The position numbers were made by a program, and so were the translations under genes. The notes beneath the pieces are model-generated. The model saw only the letters and a list, made by a program, of their open reading frames with translations, made no database searches and had not been told where the DNA came from. A stretch of 64,000 nucleotides of DNA from Sphingomicrobium sp. (GTDB lineage Bacteria; Pseudomonadota; Alphaproteobacteria; Sphingomonadales; Sphingomonadaceae): NCBI GenBank assembly GCA_035606455.1, contig DATNFJ010000011.1, positions 2,034-66,033 of the forward strand, read 5' to 3'. Shown here piece after piece: positions 55,863 to 64,000 of this stretch. The first letter of the stretch is position 1. Each line of letters begins with the position of its first letter.

Positions 55863-57980
55863 ATGGCGCGCGGGCTTCTCATGGCGAGCGTCGGAGTTGC
55901 GGCGCTATTCGGATCGAGTGGCGCACTGGCCGAGGCGCAGGCGCAGCCGGCGCCCGCGCAAAGGTCGCGGACGACGAATTACGACGCCGGCTTCTTCGCG
56001 CAATACGCGCCGCGAACTGCGCTCGACGTCGTTCAACGCATTCCCGGATTCACGCTCGACCTTGGCGCCAACAATAACGGCGCGGACATCCGCGGCTTCG
56101 CGGGGGTGGCGGGAAACGTGGTGGTCAACGGCCAGCGCCCGAGCACCAAGTCCGAACCGCTCGACGCCTACCTCAGCCGCATCCCGGCCAGTCGGGTAAA
56201 GCGCGTCGAAGTCGGGCCGGGGGACCTCTTCGGCGCGGACTATTCCAGCAAAAGCCAGGTCGCCAACCTGATCCTGATCGAAGGCGGCAAAGGCGGCCTG
56301 AGCGGCAATGTCGCGGCCAGCGCGGAGCGCCATTACACCGGGAGGATCACGCCGACGGCGAGCGGCGCGCTCAGCTTCACCCGCGGGCCTTCCACCTTCA
56401 ACGTCGCCGGCGACACGGCCTGGTTCGATGAGACCGAGGAAGGCGCCGACGTCGTCACCGATTCGGCGACGGGCCAACTCATCGAATCCCGGCGCAAGGT
56501 GAATGTCACCAACAATTACTCGCCGTTCGTCTCCGCGAGCTGGTCGCTCGACGAGGGACCGACGCACTCGGCCAACCTCAACGTCCGGTATCATTTCGAC
56601 CGGTTCCACCTGTTCCAGACCGCACACGTCTTCCCGGTCGGCGCAACCGAGCACGACGATACCCTGGTCGAACATTATCCCACCAGGAGCTACGAGATTG
56701 GCGGCGACGTCACTCGCCCGCTAGCCGGTGGCGCGATCAAGTTCGTTGGCCTCGCCACGCGGCAGCGCCGGCACACGCTCGATGAGCTCGACACCGGCAA
56801 CCTCGGGCACACCGAGGTCGTCGGCGGCTTCCAGCAGCTCTCGCAATCACAGCGCAACGAAACGCTCGGGCGGCTGACCTGGAGCAAGGACAAGCTGCTT
56901 GGATTTCAGTTCGAAAGCGGCGCCGAGGTCGCGTGGAACACGCTCGACTTCAACCTCGACCTGTTCGACTTCGACGAGAACGGCGCCAAGACCCGCGTCG
57001 ACCTTCCGCTCGACAATGCGCGGGTAACCGAACTTCGCGGCGAGTTCTGGGTCAACGGCAGCCGGGCGCTGACCAAGAACCTTCGGATGGACTTGGGCCT
57101 CAATTATGAGACTTCGCGCCTCAAGGTCAGCGGCGACGCGACCGCGGACCGGCAGCTGAGCTTCCCTAAGCCGAGCATCACGCTCGATTGGGAGCCGGGC
57201 GGCGGATGGCACAGCCAGGTGATCCTTCGCCGCACCGTCGCCCAGCTCAATTTCTTCGACTTCATCAGCGTCGCCGATCTCGCCAGCAGCGAGGTTAGCG
57301 GAGGCAATGCGAACCTCCAGCCGCAGCGCAGCTGGGAAGGCCGTTTCTCGGTCGAGCATCCCTTGTTCAAGCAGGGCAAGGCGCGGCTCGAGCTTGGCTA
57401 TAATCTCATCAGCTTGCTCCAGGACCGGATCCTGACTCCCGAGGGCTTCGACGCTCCGGGCAATATCGGAACCGGGAGGCAGGCCTATGCCGACCTCACG
57501 CTCGACGCGCCCCTCGACCGCTACTGGAAAGGGCTTCGAGTGAAGCTGCACGGGAATGTCCAGCGGACCCGCGTGCAGGATCCGATCTCGGGAGACCTGC
57601 GCGATTTCAGCGGCTTCTTCCCGACCTGGGAATGGGATGCCGATATTCGCCGCGATCTCGGGCGGCTGTCCTACGGCTTCACCGCCGGCGACAATGCTCG
57701 AACCACCATCTTCAACACGAACCTGCTCGATACTCGCTGGAACGGCGGCGTTTTCGCCAATGCCTTCGTCGAATATCGGCCGAGGGCCACCCAGACCTTG
57801 AGGATCGATTTCAACGACATTTCGAACGTCGGCGGCGGCCGCAATCTGCTCGAATTTTTCCCCAACCGTACAGTGGGCCAGCCGTCGGCGCTCGATCACC
57901 GCTTCCGCAACAGCCATGTCCGGATCGCGCTCACCTTCAAGCAGAGCTTCGGCGGGAGCGCCGGGGTGGCGAAGTCATAG
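55863..57980 (+). CDS. TonB-dependent receptor-like outer-membrane protein
   Basis: Signal peptide; plug FFAQYAPRTALDVVQRIPGF, NVVVNGQRP; GNANLQPQ; beta-strand pattern. Confidence 0.88.
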   Translation: MARGLLMASVGVAALFGSSGALAEAQAQPAPAQRSRTTNYDAGFFAQYAPRTALDVVQRIPGFTLDLGANNNGADIRGFAGVAGNVVVNGQRPSTKSEPLDAYLSRIPASRVKRVEVGPGDLFGADYSSKSQVANLILIEGGKGGLSGNVAASAERHYTGRITPTASGALSFTRGPSTFNVAGDTAWFDETEEGADVVTDSATGQLIESRRKVNVTNNYSPFVSASWSLDEGPTHSANLNVRYHFDRFHLFQTAHVFPVGATEHDDTLVEHYPTRSYEIGGDVTRPLAGGAIKFVGLATRQRRHTLDELDTGNLGHTEVVGGFQQLSQSQRNETLGRLTWSKDKLLGFQFESGAEVAWNTLDFNLDLFDFDENGAKTRVDLPLDNARVTELRGEFWVNGSRALTKNLRMDLGLNYETSRLKVSGDATADRQLSFPKPSITLDWEPGGGWHSQVILRRTVAQLNFFDFISVADLASSEVSGGNANLQPQRSWEGRFSVEHPLFKQGKARLELGYNLISLLQDRILTPEGFDAPGNIGTGRQAYADLTLDAPLDRYWKGLRVKLHGNVQRTRVQDPISGDLRDFSGFFPTWEWDADIRRDLGRLSYGFTAGDNARTTIFNTNLLDTRWNGGVFANAFVEYRPRATQTLRIDFNDISNVGGGRNLLEFFPNRTVGQPSALDHRFRNSHVRIALTFKQSFGGSAGVAKS

Positions 57981-58028
57981 CAACGGGTCTAAGGACGGCC
58001 GCGATTTCTGACATCGCGGGGACCGAAC

Positions 58029-59252
58029 TTGGCGACTTCACGCATCGAGGACGTGCATGAGCATCACCAGCCCAGGCTGCTGCCCTTCGACTGGGCCGAT
58101 CCCTTCGGCCTCGACCAACAGCTTACCGACGAAGAGCGGCTCGTCCGCGATACAGCCGAGGCTTATGCCCAGGAGAAGCTGCAGCCGCGCGTGACCAGCG
58201 CCTACCTCGAAGAGCGCTTCGACCGCGACATCATGGAAGAAATGGGCGCGCTGGGTCTGCTCGGCGCGACGATTCCGGGCGAATATGGCGGCGCCGGCCT
58301 CGGCTACGTCAGCTACGGCCTCATCGCACGCGCGGTCGAGCGCGTCGACAGCGGTTACCGCTCGGCAATGTCGGTGCAGTCGAGCCTCGTCATGTATCCA
58401 ATCCATGCTTACGGGTCGGAGGAGCAGCGGCAGAAATACCTGCCTAAGCTCGCCACGGGCGAATGGATCGGCTGCTTCGGCCTGACGGAGCCGGATGCCG
58501 GCTCCGATCCCGGAAGCATGCGCACCCGCGCGGAGAAGACGGCGAACGGCTATCGCCTCTCCGGCACCAAGATGTGGATCAGCAACTCGCCGATAGCCGA
58601 CGTGTTCGTCGTGTGGGCGAAGTCCGACGCGCACGGCGGCAAGATCCGCGGCTTCGTCCTCGAGAAAGGCATGGCAGGCCTTTCGGCGCCCAAAATCAAG
58701 GAGAAGCTGTCGCTTCGCGCCTCGATCACTGGCGAGGTCGTGATGGAGGGAGTCGAAGTCGGCGAGGATGCGCTGTTGCCGAATGTCGAGGGGCTGAAAG
58801 GCCCGTTCGGCTGCCTCAACCGCGCCCGCTACGGTATCGCCTGGGGTTCGATGGGTGCGGCCGAATATTGCTACGCCGCCGCGCGCCAGTACACGCTCGA
58901 CCGCAAGCAGTTCGGCAGGCCCCTTGCCTCGAACCAACTCATCCAGCTGAAGCTCGCGAACATGGCGACCGAGATTACGCTTGGGCTTCAGGCGGCGCTC
59001 CGCGTCGGCCGTCGTCTCGAGGCCGGCGAGCTCGTCCCCGAGACGATCAGCCTCATCAAGCGCAACAATTGCGGCAAGGCGCTGGAAATCGCGCGCACCT
59101 CGCGCGACATGCATGGCGGCAACGGCATTTCCGCGGAATTCCAGGTGATGCGCCATGCGGCGAACCTGGAGACGGTCAACACCTACGAAGGCACGCACGA
59201 CGTGCATGCGCTGATCATCGGTCGCGCGATTACGGGGCTGAGCGCTTTCTAG
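58029..59252 (+). CDS. gcdH: Glutaryl-CoA dehydrogenase-like acyl-CoA dehydrogenase
   Basis: [43 protein letters not shown]. Confidence 0.9.
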   Translation: MATSRIEDVHEHHQPRLLPFDWADPFGLDQQLTDEERLVRDTAEAYAQEKLQPRVTSAYLEERFDRDIMEEMGALGLLGATIPGEYGGAGLGYVSYGLIARAVERVDSGYRSAMSVQSSLVMYPIHAYGSEEQRQKYLPKLATGEWIGCFGLTEPDAGSDPGSMRTRAEKTANGYRLSGTKMWISNSPIADVFVVWAKSDAHGGKIRGFVLEKGMAGLSAPKIKEKLSLRASITGEVVMEGVEVGEDALLPNVEGLKGPFGCLNRARYGIAWGSMGAAEYCYAAARQYTLDRKQFGRPLASNQLIQLKLANMATEITLGLQAALRVGRRLEAGELVPETISLIKRNNCGKALEIARTSRDMHGGNGISAEFQVMRHAANLETVNTYEGTHDVHALIIGRAITGLSAF

Positions 59253-59308
59253 CGGTTGTTCGTTCGCGGCGGGTGGAAAGCCGGGCTTTCGAGGATTAAG
59301 CTGCGCGA

Positions 59309-59710
59309 GTGCACGGCTTCTTCGAACGCTTCTCTGACCGAAGCAGCTATCGCCTCGTCAGCAGCTTCCTGGTCGCTGCTGGCCTTTTGCCCGCCTTCTT
59401 CCTCATTTCCATTGGACACAGCTGGGCATGGGCGGTGTTCGCCTGGGCAGTTGCAGCGCCCGCTTATGTCGTGCTGGTCATTCTCACTTATTTTCGCCTC
59501 CATGACGCGGGTCGATCCGGCTGGTGGCTTCTCCCGATGATATTCGTGATCCAAATCGGCCCGAGCTGGCTACTCGGCTCTTGGGGTCCGGTTTCGATGA
59601 GATTTTCTCTCAGCGGGACGCTGTCGCTGCTACCCGTAATAATCGGTTGGGTCGCATTTAGGAGACACCCAAGCCCATTGAGTTCAGAGCTTCCGGCCGG
59701 GCAAAACTGA
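59309..59710 (+). CDS. DUF805-like membrane protein
   Basis: RLHDAGRSGWWLL motif. Confidence 0.75.
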   Translation: MHGFFERFSDRSSYRLVSSFLVAAGLLPAFFLISIGHSWAWAVFAWAVAAPAYVVLVILTYFRLHDAGRSGWWLLPMIFVIQIGPSWLLGSWGPVSMRFSLSGTLSLLPVIIGWVAFRRHPSPLSSELPAGQN

Positions 59711-59727
59711 CTTGCCGTTGTTCGCAG

Positions 59728-60255
59728 CTAACTCCTGCGCCTGAACAGCGCGATGGGTTCGCCGCGATAGACGCCGTCCGGCACGCGCTCGAACCCGAGC
59801 CGCTCGGCAAGGCGTATCGACGCGGCGTTCCCGGGTGAAATGATCGCGGGGTAGGACGCGGCCTGGAGGTTCGCGTCGGCCCACTGCAGCGCGGCCGTGC
59901 AGGCTTCATAGGCAATGCCCTGCCCGTGCACCCTGGGCGAGAAGACGTAACCCAGCTCCGGCTCGCCCTCGAGGCTCGGCTCCATGTCGCGCTTGAAGTC
60001 GGCGAATCCGAGCTGGCCGACAAGTTCGCCGCTCTCCTTGAGGTCGGCGATCCAATAGCCCCAGCCGGTGTAGGGCCACTGACCGCAGGCTGCGAGCGAG
60101 CGACGCCACGTATCTTCGCGGCTGAGCGCATGCCCGCCGATGAAGCGCACGACGTCAGGATCGGCCCACATCTGGGCGAGCGGGTCGAGGTCGCCCGGGC
60201 GGAATGCGCGCAGGATCAGGCGCTCGGTCTCGAGCGTCGGCGCTTCGCTGATCAA
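59728..60255 (-). CDS. GNAT family (RimJ/RimL-like) acetyltransferase
   Basis: LETERLILR, PELGY, HGQGIAYEA, NAASIRLAERLGF. Confidence 0.92.
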   Translation of the reverse strand: MISEAPTLETERLILRAFRPGDLDPLAQMWADPDVVRFIGGHALSREDTWRRSLAACGQWPYTGWGYWIADLKESGELVGQLGFADFKRDMEPSLEGEPELGYVFSPRVHGQGIAYEACTAALQWADANLQAASYPAIISPGNAASIRLAERLGFERVPDGVYRGEPIALFRRRS

Positions 60256-60259
60256 CGGG

Positions 60260-60487
60260 TTATTTCTTGGCCAGGCTGAGGCCGCCGAAACGCTTGTTGA
60301 AGCGCGCGACCTGGCCGCCCTCGGACACTTGGCGGGTGCCGCCGACCCACGCGGGGTGGACCTTCGGATCGATGTCGAGATGGAGCGTGTCGCCTTCCTT
60401 GCCCCAGGTCGAGCGAACCTGGAACTTGGTGCCGTCGGTCATTTCGACATTGATCATGTGGTAGTCGGGATGGATACCGGACTTCAT
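60260..60487 (-). CDS. rpmE: 50S ribosomal protein L31 (Cys-less type)
   Basis: [10 protein letters not shown]...HPAWVGG...[10 protein letters not shown]. Confidence 0.97.
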   Translation of the reverse strand: MKSGIHPDYHMINVEMTDGTKFQVRSTWGKEGDTLHLDIDPKVHPAWVGGTRQVSEGGQVARFNKRFGGLSLAKK

Positions 60488-60548
60488 CTGATTTTTCCTT
60501 GGCTTAGCCGCTGGTTTCCGACCAGCGGCGACAAGTTGAGCGGCGCCT

Positions 60549-61097
60549 CTACAGGGCGCGGGCCGAAGTTGCAACTTGAGCGGGTTGCGGCTCCCCTTCC
60601 CTCAAGCGCGGCAAGAAATGCTCAGCGAGCGCGAAGCCGCCGAACAGCAGCGCCGTGTAGAATAGATCGCCGGCAACCGTGTTCTGGAAGAACGGAACTG
60701 CGGCCACAAAGCAGGCGCCGAGGCCCGCGAGCGTCTGCGGATACATGCCACCGGCCAGCCACACGCCAAAATTGCTGACCAGGAAGAACAGGACCGAGCT
60801 GGCGAGTGCGGCGACCACGAGACGGGCGAGAGTCACGCGCGACAGCGCCGCCATGCCGAGCAGCGCGATGAGCACGACCGCGGCGTACTGAAACAGCATG
60901 CCCGGATAGAAACCCAGGATCAGGTCGCTCAGCAGCAACGCGGCCAGTGGCGCGGCAAAGGCCACCCAACGTCTCGCCAGATAGGCGCCGCTGAACAGCG
61001 CCATGGCGTCGATCGGCGAGAAGTTCGGCGGATGCGGCACGAGGCGAAGGGCAGCGGCTGCGGCGATTGCGGCGAGAAGAGCGATCAATCTGGTCAT
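60549..61097 (-). CDS. btuM: BtuM-like solitary ECF S-component (cobalamin uptake)
   Basis: [39 protein letters not shown]; adjacent to B12 riboswitch and btuB. Confidence 0.8.
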   Translation of the reverse strand: MTRLIALLAAIAAAAALRLVPHPPNFSPIDAMALFSGAYLARRWVAFAAPLAALLLSDLILGFYPGMLFQYAAVVLIALLGMAALSRVTLARLVVAALASSVLFFLVSNFGVWLAGGMYPQTLAGLGACFVAAVPFFQNTVAGDLFYTALLFGGFALAEHFLPRLREGEPQPAQVATSARAL

Positions 61098-61153
61098 GGC
61101 CGATCCAATAATCGGCTTGACCGCAATTTGACAGCCCGTCTAGCAACGTCGGC

Positions 61154-61284
61154 GACCAGGGTGCCGCCCGCCGACGCAAGTCGGACCGGGGGCGGTTCAA
61201 AGGGAAACCGGTGCAAATCCGGCGCTGTGCCCGCAACTGTAACGCCGACCGAAAGGTCCGCGAAGTCAGGAACCTGCCCTGGTC
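61154..61284 (+). promoter_or_regulatory. Cobalamin riboswitch
   Basis: AAAGGGAAACCGGTGCAAATCCGG, GCCCGCAACTGTAA, B12 box AGTCAGGAACCTGCC; P1 GACCAGGG/CCCTGGTC. Confidence 0.96.
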
Positions 61285-61380
61285 CGTCGTCCGTTCCCCG
61301 GCCGGGACCAGCCGCGGGTCGTGGGGCCGTTCGGCACCTCCGAGGCGACATGTCGTGTCGTCTTTTCAACGGGGGTACCC

Positions 61381-63288
61381 ATGATCGTTGCACTACTGCT
61401 CGTCTCATCAGCCGCCGAAGCGTCGGCGGATGTTCCGCCGTCCGCCACGGACATCGTCGTCACCGCCTCGCGAGTTCCACAGAAGAAGAGCAAGACGGCC
61501 GCAAGCTCGACCGTCATCGACCACGAAACCATCGAGCGGTTGGGCGATCCACTCGTCGCATCGTTCATCCGCCTGACGCCGTCCGCGGCAGTCGAGGTTG
61601 GCGGTCCCGCCGGTAACCTCACCGAAGTGCGGATCCGCGGCGCGGAAGCCAACCACACCCTGCTCTTCATCGACGGAATTCGCGCCAACGATCCCGCTGC
61701 CGGCGACGCGCCCCGCTTCGAGCTTTTGAACGCCGACATCGTCTCGCGCCTGGAAGTCGTCCGGGGTCCGCAGTCGGCATTGTGGGGGTCGGACGCCATC
61801 GGGGGAGTCATCGCCGTCAATGGCGTACCCGAATCCTCTCCGGGCTACGCCGCAGGAGGAGAAGCAGGCTCATTCGGATTCGGTCGAGCGAATGCCTCCG
61901 CCGCGATGGTTTCCGACAACAGCAGCCTTGCTGCGGCCGCCGGGTGGCAGCGTGCGACCGGAATCGACAGCTTCAACGGCCACGGCGACAAGGACGGATT
62001 CGATAATTTCGCCGGCCGCGTGCGCGGCACGTGGCACGTCGCGCCATCGGTCGAGCTCGGGGTCGCGGGCTTCGACCTCATGGGCCACAGCGAATTCGAC
62101 GGATTCGATCCGGTCACCGGAATCCACGAAGACACGCTCGACAATACGAGGAACCGTCTAGCCGCGGGGCGCGTATGGGCGAGCTTCGGAAGCGATCAGT
62201 CGGGCCTCAGCGGCACGGTCTCGTCTTCGCTGCTTGGCTCGTCCAACCGCAATTTCCTCGGCTCCGAGGAGATCAACCGAACCAGCGGCACGCGCTGGAA
62301 CGGTGAAACGCAGCTGCAATATCGCTTCGCGATCGGCGCGATTACCAACAGCGGCATCGTCGCGCTGGAGCACGAGACCGAGACGTTCCACGCCCGCGAC
62401 ACCGAGTTCGGTGGCGCGAGCGACCAGGACCGGCGCCGGACGCACGATTCGATCACCGGCGAGTGGCGGTCGGAGCTTGCTCCCGTCGTTGCCGACGTGG
62501 CCGTCCGGCGCGACATCTTTAGCAGCTTCAGGGACACGACCACCGTGCGCGCGTCGGTACTGGTTGACCTCGGACGCGGCTTTTCGGTTGCCGGCTCGTT
62601 CAGCGAGGGGATTGCGCCGCCGACCTTCTTCGACCTGTTCGGCTTCTTCCCCGGCAGTTTCGTCGGCAATCCGTCGCTGACGCCGGAAAGCTCCCGTGGC
62701 TTCGAGGCTTCCCTCCGTTACCGCAAAGGCGCATTCGACGCCGCCCTCACCGCGTATCGACAAGAGTTGCACAATGAGATCGTTGACACCTTTGATCCGG
62801 TCACTTTCCTGTCGAGCACGGTCAACCGCTCGGGGATCAGCCACCGTTCGGGGATAGAGGCGGAGCTCGGCTGGTCGATTTCGGATCGCCTCAGGGTCAG
62901 CGCCAATTACGCTTTCCTCCATGCGACGCAGCCCGATGCAAGCGAGCTCGGCCAGGTGCGCGAGGTGCGGCGCCCGAAGAACAGCGGCGCGATCGCAGCC
63001 GATGGCTCCATCGGTCGATTCGTCTACGGCGCTTCCGTCGCTTACGTGGGCAAGCGATCGGACACGGATTTCGACGTTTTTCCGGCCGCGCCCGTGACGC
63101 TCCACGCGTACTGGCTCGCCGAAGCGCGGGTCGCCTATCGGCTGCGGCCCGGGCTCGAGCTCTTCGCCCGGGGAGCTAATCTGCTCAATCAGCACTTCGA
63201 GGACGTCTTCGGCTCAAGGACCGAGGGTCGCGCGGTTTATGTAGGAGTGAAGCTCAGCTCCGGGGCGGGTCGGCGATCATCGCCGTGA
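61381..63288 (+). CDS. btuB: BtuB-like TonB-dependent cobalamin receptor
   Basis: DIVVTASR TonB box, [43 protein letters not shown]; downstream of riboswitch. Confidence 0.9.
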   Translation: MIVALLLVSSAAEASADVPPSATDIVVTASRVPQKKSKTAASSTVIDHETIERLGDPLVASFIRLTPSAAVEVGGPAGNLTEVRIRGAEANHTLLFIDGIRANDPAAGDAPRFELLNADIVSRLEVVRGPQSALWGSDAIGGVIAVNGVPESSPGYAAGGEAGSFGFGRANASAAMVSDNSSLAAAAGWQRATGIDSFNGHGDKDGFDNFAGRVRGTWHVAPSVELGVAGFDLMGHSEFDGFDPVTGIHEDTLDNTRNRLAAGRVWASFGSDQSGLSGTVSSSLLGSSNRNFLGSEEINRTSGTRWNGETQLQYRFAIGAITNSGIVALEHETETFHARDTEFGGASDQDRRRTHDSITGEWRSELAPVVADVAVRRDIFSSFRDTTTVRASVLVDLGRGFSVAGSFSEGIAPPTFFDLFGFFPGSFVGNPSLTPESSRGFEASLRYRKGAFDAALTAYRQELHNEIVDTFDPVTFLSSTVNRSGISHRSGIEAELGWSISDRLRVSANYAFLHATQPDASELGQVREVRRPKNSGAIAADGSIGRFVYGASVAYVGKRSDTDFDVFPAAPVTLHAYWLAEARVAYRLRPGLELFARGANLLNQHFEDVFGSRTEGRAVYVGVKLSSGAGRRSSP

Positions 63289-63727
63289 AGCTGGCCTCGG
63301 CGGCGACCTTCCCGTCGATCGTGGCACGGCCTGCGAACTTGCAGACGCTGGCCCGCTTCTGGACGAACTCGACTTCGAGGCGCAGCAGCACGCCCGGTTC
63401 GACCGGCGTGCGGAATTTGGCATTCTCGATGGCCATGAAATAGACGAGCTTGCCGGTGCCGGCGAGGCCGAGCGTCTCCACCGCGAGCACGCCCGCCGCC
63501 TGTGCCATCGCCTCGACAATGAGCACGCCGGGCATGATCGGCCGGGCCGGGAAATGGCCCTGGAAAAACGGCTCGTTGATCGTAACCGCCTTGATCGCGA
63601 CGATCCCCTTCTCGGGATCGAGGCTCTCGATGCGGTCGACCAGCAGCATCGGATAGCGATGCGGCAGTGCGGCCATGACCCGCCCGATGTCGAGCGGTCC
63701 GCCGGCGCTGCCGTTCGCCTGCGTCAT
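63254..63727 (-). CDS. fabZ: 3-hydroxyacyl-ACP dehydratase
   Basis: [33 protein letters not shown]. Confidence 0.98.
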   Translation of the reverse strand: MTQANGSAGGPLDIGRVMAALPHRYPMLLVDRIESLDPEKGIVAIKAVTINEPFFQGHFPARPIMPGVLIVEAMAQAAGVLAVETLGLAGTGKLVYFMAIENAKFRTPVEPGVLLRLEVEFVQKRASVCKFAGRATIDGKVAAEASFTAMIADPPRS

Positions 63728-63731
63728 CCGT

Positions 63732-64000
63732 TTAGCGACCCTGCGGCTGCTGCTGAGCCGGGGCGGTCGTTGCGATGGTCGGCAGCGCGGCGTTGAGCGC
63801 CGCAAGGACATCGTTGGTCACATCGACGTTCTGGGCGGTCGCGAGCGTCGCGCGGACGTCGACCAGCAAATTCGCTCCGCGCCTTTGCATAACCGGCGTG
63901 TAGATGGTGTTGAGCTTTGCCTGGATCTGCTGGTTCACATAGGCTTCGTTGCGCTGGATCTGCTCCGCCTGGCGCTGCAGCTCGTCGGCGCCGCTCTGCT
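63732..64000 (-). CDS. skp: OmpH/Skp chaperone, 3' part
   Basis: Gln-rich coil ending RGANLLVD...[11 protein letters not shown]; upstream of fabZ. Confidence 0.75.
   Translation of the reverse strand, partial: QSGADELQRQAEQIQRNEAYVNQQIQAKLNTIYTPVMQRRGANLLVDVRATLATAQNVDVTNDVLAALNAALPTIATTAPAQQQPQGR

Noticed and set aside
51783-57980. Integrative element downstream of tRNA-Ser
   Set aside because: No integrase, no repeated tRNA 3' end seen, and codon usage looks host-like.

Overview
High-GC alphaproteobacterial chromosome segment; gene content and order point to Sphingomonadaceae (inference). It is mostly core genes: ispE, nnr, an RlmD-like methyltransferase, tandem cysteine desulfurases plus ferredoxin, SRP RNA-dnaX-ybaB, ettA, lipA, ispDF, dusB-ntrY-ntrX-hfq-hflX, mazG, the mltB-dacA-tmk-holB-metG-tatD block, tRNA-Ser(TGA), rpmE, a cobalamin riboswitch with btuB/btuM, and fabZ-skp. 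Single accessory genes are inserted between them. I saw no transposase, integrase, phage or CRISPR. Best leads: (1) the leader of an ornithine decarboxylase / deoxyhypusine-synthase-like polyamine operon has a 19-codon uORF, competing helices that can mask the SD, and a GGAGG-TC-CCT-TGA-G end resembling prfB/antizyme +1 shift sites; (2) a BlaI/M56 locus whose sensor carries a 29-aa repeat, shared with a downstream secreted protein, instead of a penicillin-binding domain; (3) an unexplained ~110-nt rod-like intergenic structure at ~10.8 kb; (4) a cluster of EcfG-type promoters, one driving a PAS-only protein. All calls come from reading motifs by eye; no database searches were run.
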